Positions 1 to 10,293 of a DNA stretch of 64,000 bases are shown piece after piece (within the stretch, counting starts at the first letter, position 1; every line of letters begins with the position of its first letter). Position numbers and translations under genes: made by a program. The notes beneath the pieces are model-generated. The model did not search any database, was not told where the DNA came from, and was given only the letters and a program-made list of their open reading frames with translations. The stretch lies in NCBI GenBank assembly GCA_965277805.1, contig OZ255842.1, positions 2,784,001 to 2,848,000 of the forward strand, in the 5' to 3' direction. The DNA is from Candidatus Lustribacter sp. GTDB taxonomy: Bacteria > Vulcanimicrobiota > Vulcanimicrobiia > Vulcanimicrobiales > Vulcanimicrobiaceae.

Positions 1-92
1 CCCAACCGCGGATCCTTAAGATCCTCGGAGATAACTTTCGCCACGGCCCGCTGCATCTCGTGATCGATGCGAGCCTGCCGCTGCTGCTTCAT
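1..92 (-). CDS. rbfA: Ribosome-binding factor A, N-terminal part (runs off window edge)
   Basis: Manual translation MKQQRQARIDHEMQRAVAKVISEDLKDPRLG has the KDPRLG motif; directly downstream of infB. Confidence 0.9.
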   Translation of the reverse strand, partial: MKQQRQARIDHEMQRAVAKVISEDLKDPRL

Positions 93-180
93 GAAAACGC
101 TGCCGTTGCGGCGGGACGCTCGGAAAAATCAGAACGCCCCCCGCGCAGCAATGCAGCGTTCCGCCGCAACTGAGCCACGA

Positions 181-3096
181 TCAAGCCGGCTGCAGTTCTG
201 CCGGAACCAGCTCCGAGCTGTACGCCTCGATTACGTCGCCCTGCTTGAGATCAGCAAACTTGGCCACCTGAACGCCGCACTCGAAGTTCTCAGCAACTTC
301 GCGGACATCGTCCTTGAAGCGGCGGAGCGATTCGAGTTCGCCGTCCCAGACGACAGCCGAGTCGCGGATGACACGGACCTTCGCATTGCGGACGAGCTTC
401 CCGGACTGCACGTAGCAACCCGCGATCGCCCCAACCTTCGAGACCTTGAAGATCTCGCGAACTTCCGCGCGCCCGAGTATGATCTCGCGGAACTTCGGCG
501 CGAGCATGCCGACCATGGCCTTTTTCAAATCGTTCTCTACATCGTAGATGACCTGATAGAAGCGAAGATCGACTTGCTCCGAATCCGCTTGCCGTTTGAC
601 CGACTCGTCCGGACGGATGTTGAACCCAATCAACACCGCGTTCGAAGCTGAGGCCAAGTTGACGTCGTTCGGCGTAATCCCGCCGACGCCGGCGAGGATG
701 ACGCGAATGTCAACTTCAGCGGTAGAGAGCGATTCCACACGCGAGCGGAGCGCTTCGACCGAGCCTTGACCTTCGGCTTTGAGGATGAGGTTGAGGGCTT
801 TCTGTCCGCCGTCCGCGGGCATCGCCATGAACGTCTCGAGCGAGACGCGCTGACCCGATGTCGCCGCGATACGAACGTCACGCCGTTTGGTCGTACGTTT
901 CGCTGCCGCTTCGCGCGCTGCACGTTCGTCGGAAACGACCATCAGCGTGTCTCCGGCCGAGGGAACGTCGGAGAGGCCCATGACTTCGACCGGAATCGAC
1001 GGCCCGGCTTTCTTGACCTGTTTGCCCTTGTCGTCGGTAAGCGCCCGGATCTTGCCGTATGCCGAGCCGACGACGATGACGTCGCCGACACGCAGCGTGC
1101 CGTTCTGCACGAGCACCGTTGCGACGGCACCGCGTCCGCGATCGAGCGCAGATTCGATGACGACGCCGGTCGCGCGGCGCATCTTGTTGGCCTTGAGCTC
1201 TTTGAGATCGGCTTCCAAGAGGACGGTCTCGAGCAGTTTCTCGATGCCGTCACCGGTACGGGCGGAGACGGCGACCATTTCGATCTGACCGCCCCACTCG
1301 ACGGGCTGGAGGCCTTCTTCGGTGAGCTGCTGCTTGACGCGATCGGGCTGAGCGTCTTCTTTGTCCATCTTGTTGATGGCGACGACGATCGGCACTTTCG
1401 CGGCCTTGATGTGCGCGATAGCTTCTTTGGTCTGCGGCATGACGCCGTCGTCGGCCGCGACCACGAGGATCGCAACGTCGGTGACCTTCGCGCCGCGGGC
1501 GCGCATGGCGGTGAACGCTTCGTGACCGGGCGTGTCGATGAAGGTGATCTTGCGATCGTCTTTATCGACGGTGTAAGCGCCGATCTTTTGCGTGATGCCG
1601 CCGGCTTCACCGGCCGCCACGTTGGCGAAACGGATCTTGTCGAGCAGCGAGGTCTTACCGTGGTCGACGTGACCGAGCACGGTGACGACCGGCGGACGCG
1701 GCGTGAGCAGCTCCGGACGATCTTCTTCTTGCTCGACGACGACTTCATCGCCGGCCTCTTTGACGATGGCGTTGAAACCGAACTTGCGCGCGACGGCGAT
1801 GGCCTGTTCGCTCGAAATGTTCTGGTTGATCGTCGCCATGGTGCCCATGCGGAAGAGTTCCTTGATGACGTCCGCGGCGTTCACGATCATCGAGGTCGCG
1901 AGTTCTTGCACGGTGAGGACGTCGGGGATCTCGATCGACTCGAGCTTGGTCGGCGCCGGTTGAATGACGCCGTCGATCATGCGGCCGCCCTTGCGTTGAC
2001 GCTGCTTCTCGAGCAGCATCTCCGTCTCGCGGTCTTTCTTCGACTCGTCGCGGTCGCGCGCGTTGGGGCGCTGGCCGGGACGGCCGCCGCCGGACGGACC
2101 GGAGCTCGGGCTAGGGCCTTGGCCCGGGTTCAGCGGGGCGCCGGGGCCACCGCCGGTACGCGGGACGAACGGCCGGGGCGGCGCGCTGCCGCCGGGCAGG
2201 GCACGGAAAACGCCGTTGCCGGCGGGGCGCCGGACCGGGGCGCCGTTGACCGGCTGACCGGGTACGGGCGGCTGGCCCGGGCGCTGCTGTTGATAACCCT
2301 GGCCGGGAACGCCCATGCCGGGCCGCGGCGCAACGCCGGGGCGGCCGGGGATTCCGCCGACGCCGTTGGGCGAGGCCGAGTTCGGGTTGACCGGGGCCGG
2401 ACGGGGCGCAACGATCGAGGCCTGGCCGGCCGGCACGGGCCGCAGCTGCGGAACCGATTCGGTGGGCGAGAGCGGGCGGCGCGGCGGCATCGGGCCGACG
2501 GGCGGACGCGGCGGGGCGCCCGGGGCGATGCGCGGGGCGACCGAGCCCGGGATGGGGCGAGTCGGAGCTCCGGGCGCAATACGGGGCGCCGGGCTCGCAG
2601 GCCGCGGCGGCGCAACCGGGGCGGCCGGCGGTTCCTCGGGCGGCGCTTCCGGAGCGGGCGGCACGACGGCCGCCGGTGCGACGGCGACGGGCTCGGCAGC
2701 GGCCGGCTCTTCGGCGGCCGGTGCAGCGGGAGCCGCTTTCGCGCGCTTCGGTGCGGCGACCGGCTTCAGCCCAGGCACCGGCTCGGCCGCAACGGCGGCA
2801 GCAGCCGGCGGCGCAGCGGCGACGGGCGCAGCCTCGGCGGGGGCAGCCGCCGCGGGAGCAGCGACGGCAGCAGCCGGGGGGGCGGCTGCGGGGGCCTTGG
2901 CGGCCGGAGCCGCTTTGGGGGCGGGCTTAGCCGCGCCCTTGAGCTGGGCGCGAAGAAGGTCGGCGACCTTCGGTTCGACGACGCTCAGCTGGCTTTTCGC
3001 CTCGAGACCCAAACGCCCAAAGAGCGCCATGAGGTCTTTCGACGACATGTTGAGCTCCTTAGCGAGCTCGAAAATCCGTACCTTACCGGTTGCCAT
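181..3096 (-). CDS. infB: Translation initiation factor IF-2 with long Pro/Ala-rich N-terminal linker
   Basis: [16 protein letters not shown] and NKMD GTPase motifs; IF2-N motif [11 protein letters not shown]-terminal [11 protein letters not shown]. Confidence 0.99.
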   Translation of the reverse strand: MATGKVRIFELAKELNMSSKDLMALFGRLGLEAKSQLSVVEPKVADLLRAQLKGAAKPAPKAAPAAKAPAAAPPAAAVAAPAAAAPAEAAPVAAAPPAAAAVAAEPVPGLKPVAAPKRAKAAPAAPAAEEPAAAEPVAVAPAAVVPPAPEAPPEEPPAAPVAPPRPASPAPRIAPGAPTRPIPGSVAPRIAPGAPPRPPVGPMPPRRPLSPTESVPQLRPVPAGQASIVAPRPAPVNPNSASPNGVGGIPGRPGVAPRPGMGVPGQGYQQQRPGQPPVPGQPVNGAPVRRPAGNGVFRALPGGSAPPRPFVPRTGGGPGAPLNPGQGPSPSSGPSGGGRPGQRPNARDRDESKKDRETEMLLEKQRQRKGGRMIDGVIQPAPTKLESIEIPDVLTVQELATSMIVNAADVIKELFRMGTMATINQNISSEQAIAVARKFGFNAIVKEAGDEVVVEQEEDRPELLTPRPPVVTVLGHVDHGKTSLLDKIRFANVAAGEAGGITQKIGAYTVDKDDRKITFIDTPGHEAFTAMRARGAKVTDVAILVVAADDGVMPQTKEAIAHIKAAKVPIVVAINKMDKEDAQPDRVKQQLTEEGLQPVEWGGQIEMVAVSARTGDGIEKLLETVLLEADLKELKANKMRRATGVVIESALDRGRGAVATVLVQNGTLRVGDVIVVGSAYGKIRALTDDKGKQVKKAGPSIPVEVMGLSDVPSAGDTLMVVSDERAAREAAAKRTTKRRDVRIAATSGQRVSLETFMAMPADGGQKALNLILKAEGQGSVEALRSRVESLSTAEVDIRVILAGVGGITPNDVNLASASNAVLIGFNIRPDESVKRQADSEQVDLRFYQVIYDVENDLKKAMVGMLAPKFREIILGRAEVREIFKVSKVGAIAGCYVQSGKLVRNAKVRVIRDSAVVWDGELESLRRFKDDVREVAENFECGVQVAKFADLKQGDVIEAYSSELVPAELQPA

Positions 3097-3148
3097 AGTG
3101 TCCTTTATCGTAACTCGGCCTGGCCCGAAAAGGCTGCGGCCGACTCCC

Positions 3149-3391
3149 TCAATCGCTCATGTGTGTGTCCTGAAGTTCGTAGTGCGTGATCGCAAACGCG
3201 CCGAGACCCGGAAATCTCTTGTTCTTGATGACGGCGCCCGCACACTGCACGCCGCAGAGATAAACTCCGCGTCCCGCACTGCGCCGGGCCCCATCGGCGG
3301 ACCAGCCGTCGTCGCGCCGGACGAAGCGCTGCAGCCGGGGCTGCTCGCGCCGTGTCCGGCAACCAACGCACGTCCGCGCCGGTGTCGCCAT
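3149..3391 (-). CDS. ylxR: YlxR/DUF448 family RNA-binding protein
   Basis: RTCVGCR and GRGVYLC motifs; lies between nusA and infB. Confidence 0.9.
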   Translation of the reverse strand: MATPARTCVGCRTRREQPRLQRFVRRDDGWSADGARRSAGRGVYLCGVQCAGAVIKNKRFPGLGAFAITHYELQDTHMSD

Positions 3392-4602
3392 TACTCGCTG
3401 CCGAATTGCTCCCGCTTGAACTCTTCAAGCCGGCGCAGCAACTCGTCGTCAATCGTCAACGCGGTTTCGCCCTCTTCCGTTTCAGCCGGCACCTCTTCGG
3501 CGACCGCATCGTCGGCCGCGTAGCCCTCGGCCGGGACGGCTTCGCGCTCGGCGAGGTAGCGGGCCCGTGCCTCCGCCGCTTCGGAATCGCTGGTGATGTC
3601 CAGGCGCCAGCCGGTCAGCCGGGCAGCGAGCCGGACGTTCTGCCCTTCGCGACCGATCGCGAGGGAGAGCTGATGGTCGGGGACGGTGACGAGCGCGATG
3701 CCGTCGTCCTCGAAGAGTTCGACCGCAAGCACCTTCGCCGGCGCCAGCGCGTTCGAGATGAACGTCTGCAAGTCGGGCGCGTAGCGGATCACGTCGATCT
3801 TCTCACCGCGCAGTTCGTCGGAGACGTTGGCTACGCGGCTCGACTTCGGTCCGAGGCACGCGCCGACCGCGTCGATCTCGGGGCGTTTGGAGTGCACGGC
3901 GACCTTCGTGCGCGAACCGGGTTCGCGCGCGATCGCCATGATCTCGACGATGTCGTCTTGGATCTCCGGCACCTGGAACTCAATCAAGCGCTGCACGAGG
4001 CCTTCGGCCGCGCGCGAGAGCACGACCAGCGGTCCCTTGTTCGTCTTGCGCACGTCGAGCACGTAGGCGCGAATGCGATCGTTGATGCGGAAGTTTTCGC
4101 GTGGCACTTGTTCGGAGAACGGCAGCAGCGCTTCGTTCTTGTTATCGAGCAGCACGTACATGTTGCGTTGCTCGTAACGCTGAACCGAGCCCATCACGAT
4201 GTCGTGCAGCTTTGCGGAGTACGTGTTGTAGACGGTGTCGCGCTCGGCTTCTCGGATGCGCTGGACGATCACTTGCTTCGCAGTTTGCGCGGCGATGCGC
4301 CCGAAGTCTTTCGGCGTGACTTCCTTATCGAAGAAGTCGCCGGCCTCGTACTTCGAACCGGCTTCCGCCTTGGAGATTTCGAGCTTGGGATCTTCCGGCT
4401 CGCCCTCGACTACGTTGCGGCGATGATAGACTTTGTAGTCGCCGGTTTGCCGGTCGATCGCGACGATCGCGTTCGCATCGGGACCGAAATTCCGCTTGTA
4501 CGCGGAGATCAGCGCCGATTCGAGCGCTTCGAGAAGGCTTTCGAAGCTGATGTTCCGTTCGTTCTCGATCTCGCGGAGGGCCGCGATCATCTCTGCGTTC
4601 AT
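3391..4602 (-). CDS. nusA: Transcription elongation factor NusA
   Basis: DFGRIAAQTAKQVI, AREPGSRTKVAV, LSLAIGREGQNVRLA; start placed at ATG 4602 (MNAEMI). Confidence 0.98.
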   Translation of the reverse strand: MNAEMIAALREIENERNISFESLLEALESALISAYKRNFGPDANAIVAIDRQTGDYKVYHRRNVVEGEPEDPKLEISKAEAGSKYEAGDFFDKEVTPKDFGRIAAQTAKQVIVQRIREAERDTVYNTYSAKLHDIVMGSVQRYEQRNMYVLLDNKNEALLPFSEQVPRENFRINDRIRAYVLDVRKTNKGPLVVLSRAAEGLVQRLIEFQVPEIQDDIVEIMAIAREPGSRTKVAVHSKRPEIDAVGACLGPKSSRVANVSDELRGEKIDVIRYAPDLQTFISNALAPAKVLAVELFEDDGIALVTVPDHQLSLAIGREGQNVRLAARLTGWRLDITSDSEAAEARARYLAEREAVPAEGYAADDAVAEEVPAETEEGETALTIDDELLRRLEEFKREQFGSE

Positions 4603-4658
4603 GTTCTGCTCTGCTTCATTGGCAAACGTCGGGGGGCCGGGGGAGGCCCCGACACAAC

Positions 4659-4686
4659 AGAAGCGCGGGCAAGTGCCCACGCTTCT
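4659..4686 (-). promoter_or_regulatory. Leader hairpin upstream of nusA (rimP/nusA-leader-like attenuator)
   Basis: 12-bp stem AGAAGCGUGGGC-ACUU-GCCCGCGCUUCU with one G-U pair on the minus strand, located between the promoter and nusA. Confidence 0.6.
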
Positions 4687-4703
4687 AGCGTACTCTGGCT
4701 CGA

Positions 4704-4732
4704 ATTATGGCATGCCGGACGCGGTTTGGCAA
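4704..4732 (-). promoter_or_regulatory. sigma70-type promoter for the nusA-infB operon
   Basis: TTGCCA-17 nt-CATAAT with TGn extension on the minus strand. Confidence 0.7.
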
Positions 4733-4761
4733 GGCGAGGCCTGCGGTGAGACCCTACAAAC

Positions 4762-5750
4762 ATGCCGTCCCTTGCCCGAAGAGCTTTCGTCACCGGCGCC
4801 GCTGCGCTGGCCACCACCGCCCTCTGGAGACCCGCCCTCGCAAGCGAGCAGCGGGTCAACAATGTCCTCATCGAAGACGACCGGTGGCTGCTGCCGGGCT
4901 GGGAAACCCTGACCGACCCCGACGCCGCCGGGACGGCAAAAACGCTCGATCTCGTCGGCGAAACGGCCAAAATGCTCGCGGCGAAAGGCATCGGCTTGTT
5001 GCTGATGTCGATCCCGTTCAAGGCGCGCTACTGTCCCAATCTCCCGGCGGGCTCTCTGGCCCCGGTGATTGCATCGCGTTACGCGGCGTCGCTGACCGCC
5101 TTGCAGTCGCGCGGCCTGAAGACCGTCGATCTCGAGGGCGCATTGCGGCCCGTCCAAGCGGCCTACTATCCGACCGATCAGCACTGGACGTGGGAGAGCG
5201 TCGACGCCGCCGGTGATGCGCTGGCGGCCGCGTTGCGCGCCAACTGGAGCGTTCCCGACAAAGGGAAACACACGCCGCTGCAGCCGTTCGTCATCGACAA
5301 ACGCTTGGGCGATCTCGCAACGTTACTTCCGCCGGCATTGCAAAAGGAGGTCGGACCCGAGACATACCGCCTCCGCACCGCGTACGGCGGCAACTTGAAC
5401 GCTACAGCGAGTACACCGGTTCGACCGATCCGCAGCCGAAAGACACGCCGGCCGTGCAGCTCGTCGGCAGCGGTTTCGTGCGCCCGATGTGGGGCTTGCC
5501 GCAGAAGCTTCCCAACGTGCTCGGCACCGACGTTGGGCTGACGTTCTTCAACGGCGACGCCGGGCCGTATCATGCGCTGCTGATGAATCTTCGCTCCACG
5601 CTGCCCAAACGCGCTCCCGCCGTCGTGGTCTGGCAGATGACCGAAGCGAACTTGCATCTCGGTTCCGATGCAAAGGGCTGGTGGGGCATCACCTCGCTCA
5701 TGAGCCCCGACTTCTTCCTCTCGCACGTGCAAGCCGCGATCAGCGCTTAA
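4762..5750 (+). pseudogene. AlgJ/AlgX-family SGNH-like O-acyltransferase with Tat signal, frameshifted near 5385-5400
   Basis: ARRAFV Tat-like signal; IPFKARY; YYPTDQHWT (D-x-H); C-terminal half (VQLVGSGF...PAVVVWQMTE) continues in a different frame to stop 5750. Confidence 0.75.
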
Positions 5751-6714
5751 TTAGTTCGGGTCGCCGGTAACCTCGACGTTAACGACCGACGCATCGTTGC
5801 GGTCGGCAGAGAGAACGCTGCACGTGCGATGAAGGACGCGGCGGTGGCGTAACGCTGACCGCGCCGCGCGCTGATCTGCTGGTCACGAAGATCGTCGAGA
5901 GCCCGCCCAGTTTCAGCCGCAAACCTGTCTGGTAATCCTCGGTCAGCGTTTGACTCGGGAAAACATCCTCGGCCGTGACGGAGATGATCTTGAGCGCCGG
6001 CCGGCTGAATGCGCAACCCGCGTCGGCCGACGGCACGAAGCTGCCCATCGCCTCGCGGATGATCATGTCTTTCTGATGATTTTCGGCGAACTCGTCGGCG
6101 TAGGTCCACGACGTCCACTCGAACGGCGGGCGCTCGAGCGGCAAAACGGGGAGCTGAATCATCTGCCGTTGCGGCATCAAGAAGTTGTACATGCGCAGCG
6201 AGAGCGGATGGATCACGTCTTCCGTATCGTGGAGGACCATGATCTCGTACTGCTCCGCACCTTCGGTGCGCTCGATCTCGGCGAAGATCGAGTTGAGGTT
6301 CTGCGCCTTCGTCGTCGGGCCGGGCATCGGGTTGATCACCGGTTTGACCTGCGAGTGGCGCGCGGCCGCCCGTTGTACGGCGGCGACCGTTTCTTCGTCG
6401 TTCGGATACACGCCCACGAAAATATCGTAGCGATGGTATTCGAGCGACGTGGTCGCGAACTCCAGCATGCGTTCGACGACCGGCGACTCGTGCCAGCACG
6501 GAATCATGATCGCAATGCGTTGCTCGGGCTTGGAGCGCAATTTCTCGATGGTCAGCTTGGGAAACTTGTGGCGCTCGAAGCTGCGGATGATCTGGCGAGA
6601 CCAGAACGCCAGGTCGACGACGACATCGTCGAGGCCGAGCAGAACGTACACCGCCGCAACGACGATGGTCAGGACGCTGAAGAGGGCCGCTGCGTGGTAA
6701 CTGAACTCTACCAT
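5751..6714 (-). pseudogene. NfrB-like (phage N4 glycan receptor synthase) GT2 glycosyltransferase, C-terminally truncated
   Basis: IMIPCWHES, IFVGVYPND, PGPTTKAQNLN, LHDTEDVIHP, IQLPVLP, YADEFAENHQKD and LTEDY match NfrB motifs as I recall them; no QxxRW motif or C-terminal TM helices follow. Confidence 0.8.
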
Positions 6715-8139
6715 CTAATGCGAATATCCAAAGAGCACTTCGAGGTTGATCGAGGAGTAGCTACGCGCGACCGGTATCCCGCTGCCGCGCGGCAGGTAGG
6801 TTCCGACATCGGCGTAGACGCGGTAGGTGAAGATGCCGCCGCGCGCTTGCAGCCCCGCGAGACCATCGACGGCGTTGTTGTAGAACGCGCGGCTGGTATC
6901 GAGCGCCAAATCCACCCCGGCCAAGCCCCGCACGATCTTCGAACCGATGTAGAAGTTGTGGGTCACGTCGGCGTAGCCGATGGTGTTGACGTACCGGCTG
7001 TAGTGCGTGAGGCTGGCATCGATCTGCGTTTGCGACTTGTAACCGCCCGCCCCGATGCGCGTGGAGAGGAGCACGCCATAGCGTAAGTCCGACTCGTCGT
7101 GTCCGGTAAGGAGCGACGTGGCCTGGCCGCCCTCGACGAAGGCGTACGCGATCGGTGCGATCTTCGTGCGCAGGCCGGCCGAGAGAATGATGACGTTGTC
7201 GTTAAGGATCTCGTTGGCCGGCACGCTGCTGGCCTTCGCGTCGTTGGTGAGGTGAAAGGCGATATACGGCTGAATGCGCGTGGGCGCCACGTAATAGTGC
7301 GCGTCCAAGCCGTAAAACGTGTCGTGAAAGCGGCTCTCGTTGAGGCCGTAACCGAAGGCGTCGTAGCGCGTCGGCTTGCCGCCGCCGCCGCTGCCCGCGC
7401 CGGCCGCGAGCTGGGCCTTCGCTGCGGTCACGACGTCGGGATCGGACGAATGGGTGAGGGCGTTGAGTTCGGCCGTGCCGCGGGCCGTCTCGCCTTGCCC
7501 CAACAGCGCGTATGCGCGTTCTAAGCGGGCCTTATCGTCGTCGGGGACGAGCGCGATGTACTTATCGAGCGCGGCGATTTGCGCGGGCCGGTCTTTGAGG
7601 ATGAAGTCGATATACGAAACCTGACGCCAGGCGGCGGAATCGTCCGGGTGCGTCGCGAGTGTCGCGAGAAAGGCGTCGCGCGACGCCGCGAGATCGCCGC
7701 CCGCGAGCAACTCATACGCGTTGGTGAACGGCGGCGGCGATGCCGCGGCCGTCGGCGGCAAGACCGGCTGTGCCGGCGCGGGCGCCGGCGCTTGAGCGGC
7801 GAGTTGACGCTGGGCAGCCGCGCTCACGGCTGCAACATGCGAGTTCTTCAAACGTTCGAGCAGCGCCGTCGCTTCGTCGGGCCGATGGTCGGCGATCAAC
7901 GCATAGGCGTAGTCGAGTGCGAAGCGGTCGTCGGCCGAATCGCGCTTGAGAACCAGCGCGCCTTCAGCGACCGCCGCGGAGTATCGCTTGGCGCGCACGT
8001 CCGCATAGAAGACCGCCTTCTCGCGCTCCACCATGGCGCTTTGCGTCGACCCGCTTTGCGCGGCTACCGGTTGGAAGCTCGTGAAGATCGTCGTCAGCGA
8101 CGCGATGGCCGCAATCCCGAGCGGAACGAAGGATCGCAC
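6715..8139 (-). CDS. Secreted TPR-repeat protein with C-terminal beta-barrel-like domain (NfrA/PgaA-type polysaccharide exporter)
   Basis: Signal peptide; helical repeats (DDRFALDYAYAL, DDKARLERAYAL); aromatic-rich alternating C-terminal strands ending EVLFGYSH; abuts the NfrB-like gene; GTG 8139 preceded by AGAAGG. Confidence 0.7.
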   Translation of the reverse strand: MRSFVPLGIAAIASLTTIFTSFQPVAAQSGSTQSAMVEREKAVFYADVRAKRYSAAVAEGALVLKRDSADDRFALDYAYALIADHRPDEATALLERLKNSHVAAVSAAAQRQLAAQAPAPAPAQPVLPPTAAASPPPFTNAYELLAGGDLAASRDAFLATLATHPDDSAAWRQVSYIDFILKDRPAQIAALDKYIALVPDDDKARLERAYALLGQGETARGTAELNALTHSSDPDVVTAAKAQLAAGAGSGGGGKPTRYDAFGYGLNESRFHDTFYGLDAHYYVAPTRIQPYIAFHLTNDAKASSVPANEILNDNVIILSAGLRTKIAPIAYAFVEGGQATSLLTGHDESDLRYGVLLSTRIGAGGYKSQTQIDASLTHYSRYVNTIGYADVTHNFYIGSKIVRGLAGVDLALDTSRAFYNNAVDGLAGLQARGGIFTYRVYADVGTYLPRGSGIPVARSYSSINLEVLFGYSH

Positions 8140-8162
8140 TACACCTTCTACCCAAGGTTGAA

Positions 8163-9130
8163 GCATTCAAGCCCTTACCACGTACGTTTTTTCTGCGCGC
8201 CCTCGGTGCGGCGGCCCTCAGCCTTACTGCCCGGCCGGCGTTCGCGGCCGACCTGATCATCCAAGGAAAGGGCGACTGGCTCTTTCCGGCGTGGGAAAGC
8301 CTCACGGATCCCGGCACGGCCGGCATCGCCGCGGCAACGAAAATCATCGCAGCGGCAAATCGTACATTTAAAGCCGCCGGAATCGGGCTGCTCGTCGAGG
8401 TTGTGCCGATGAAAGCACGTTATTACCCCGACCGCCTACCGGACGGGGTCGCAATGACGCCCGCGGTCACGGCCCGCTACGGCGCGATTCTCGCGGGCCT
8501 CACCGCGGCGGGCGTCGCCAACCTCGACGTCGATGCCGTGCTGCGCACCGTCACTCAGCAGATGTTTCTGCGCACCGACTATCATTGGACCGAGTGGAGC
8601 GCCGAAGCGGTCGCACAAGCTGCCGCAAAGGCGCTGCAGTCGATGGCATCGTTGCCGCCCGCACCGACGCCGCTCCCGCCGCTCACGGCATTCTACACCG
8701 AGTCGCATGGAGGCGACCTCGAGGCGCTGCTCTCGCCCGATCGTCAAAAGAGCATCGGAGCCGAACCGATCACGACGCGCGTGATCGACGCGTCGCGCGT
8801 GCAATTGCTCGACTCCGCTAAGGCCGACGTGCACATCGTCGGCAACAGCTTCTCGATGCCCTATCTCGGCTTCCCCGAAATGCTCGCGGAGACGCTGCAC
8901 GAGCCGGTCGGCGTGACGGCAAAATTCGGCAACGCCGGACCGTGGGAAACGATGGTGCAGTATCTTGAATCGCCGGAGTTCGCGGCGCGGCGCCCGCGCG
9001 CAATCGTCTGGCAATTCGAAAAGGCCTCTTCATGCACGGCCCTGCCTCGACCGGCTTCTGGGATGTGGCCTCGCTGATGTCCGATCAGACGTTCTTGGGG
9101 CGGGTCGCAAAGGCGGTGCCCGCGTCGTGA
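8163..9130 (+). pseudogene. Second AlgJ/AlgX-family O-acyltransferase; no canonical start, frameshift near 9020
   Basis: Frame is open upstream of GTG 8403 (PRTFFLRALGAAAL...GDWLFPAWESLTDP); FLRTDYHWT and VHIVGNSFS motifs; tail GLFMHGPASTGFWDVASLMSDQTFL is in another frame and aligns with the tail of the first copy. Confidence 0.75.
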
Positions 9131-9205
9131 GCGCCGCACCGGATTGGGAAGACGCAAAAACCGTCATTACAACGCAACAGCGACCGCTATGCGGCCGCTT
9201 GGGTC

Positions 9206-9352
9206 TTGACGCGCGCGCCGTTCTGGCCGCTCGCGCGCCGCGGCGGGATCGTGGGGCCCATCGTCCTCGGGCTAGCACTCGCCGTGGTGATCGTGGCGAT
9301 GATCGTGCTGGCTCCGTCGGCTGACTCGCATTTCATCTACACCGATTTCTAG
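9206..9352 (+). CDS. 48-aa single-TM DltX-like micro-protein
   Basis: TTG-start ORF MTRAPFWPLARRGGIVGPIVLGLALAVVIVAMIVLAPSADSHFIYTDF*; ends in FIYxxF; immediately upstream of the DltD-like gene. Confidence 0.75.
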   Translation: MTRAPFWPLARRGGIVGPIVLGLALAVVIVAMIVLAPSADSHFIYTDF

Positions 9353-9407
9353 TCCGGCCGCGCAGCACGAAGCGGCGCTGCGCGCGCCGTGGCCGCTCGC
9401 GATCACC

Positions 9408-10293
9408 GTGGCTGCGGCCGTACTGATTCTGCTCGACCTCGTTTTTCGCGCGTTGTGGCACCCGCATCCCTCGCGCCTGCCCGAGCAGTTCTCGACGCCG
9501 TACTTGAAGGCGTACGTCGATGCCGAACGCGGCGCGGCACCCGTCGTCGTGCTGGGCGACTCCGCGCTTTGGGGTTACGAGTTGCCGGCCGGCGAGGCGC
9601 CGGTCGAGCAACTCGCCGCGCTGCGCAAACAGGATGCGTTCCTCAACCTCAGCTACGAGGGCGGCAGCGTGGTCAACAGCCTCTATGCGCTGCGGCTGGC
9701 GCTTTCGCGGGGCGTGCGTCCGAGCGCCGTGATCGTGAACCTCAATAGCAAGGAATTCAACGCGTCCGACAGCGCGTATAAACGCCTTTTGCCCGCGCTC
9801 GAACGCGCGATGGCGCCGACCCTCAGCGCGCACGACCGCGCGCTGCTCACGACGCTGCCCGCCCCGACGATCGCCGACCGGCTCGACGCGGCGGTATCAC
9901 GCATTTGGGCGCTCTACCGCAACCGCGTCGACGTTCGCGTCGCGCTGTTCGGGTACGACGACTTCACGGGCCTGGTGACGGCCGGCATTCACCAGCTCAC
10001 CGGTGAGACCCAACGCTACGAATCGGCGCACCGGCCGACACCCGAAGCGTTTCTCGGAACCTACAACCTCGATCCGATCGGGTCCGGTAACGTCGAGGCA
10101 ATCTATCTGGGCGAATTGCGCAACGAACTCGTGCGCGCACACATTCCCACCATCGCCTTTCTCACGCCGACGAACCATCGTTTGCTATCCGACACGACGA
10201 GCGACCCGGCCTACGCCGCGAACCTGAAGCACATCGCTAGCTTGATGGCCGGTCCCGGCATTCACGTCGTCGACCTCGATCGCCTCGACGTCG
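9408..10293 (+). pseudogene. DltD-like membrane-anchored SGNH protein, truncated before the catalytic D-x-x-H
   Basis: N-terminal TM; VVVLGDS; FLNLSYEGG; VIVNLNSKEF; FLTPTN; protein-like sequence ends at VVDLDRLDVG. True start may be slightly upstream. Confidence 0.65.

Noticed and set aside
766-3189. Long antisense ORFs (also 23989-25785, 52817-54568, and the 5' part of 60688-63567)
   Set aside because: Shadow ORFs typical of high-GC coding DNA, lying opposite well-supported genes.
5380-5410. Programmed frameshift or phase-variable tract in the first AlgJ-like gene
   Set aside because: No slippery heptamer or homopolymer at the shift site.
5820-10293. ACGT-containing 8-bp palindromes near three putative junctions (5820 GCACGTGC, 8180 ACGTACGT, 10286 CGACGTCG)
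   Set aside because: Such words are frequent in this sequence and the junction positions are imprecise, so this cannot be distinguished from chance.
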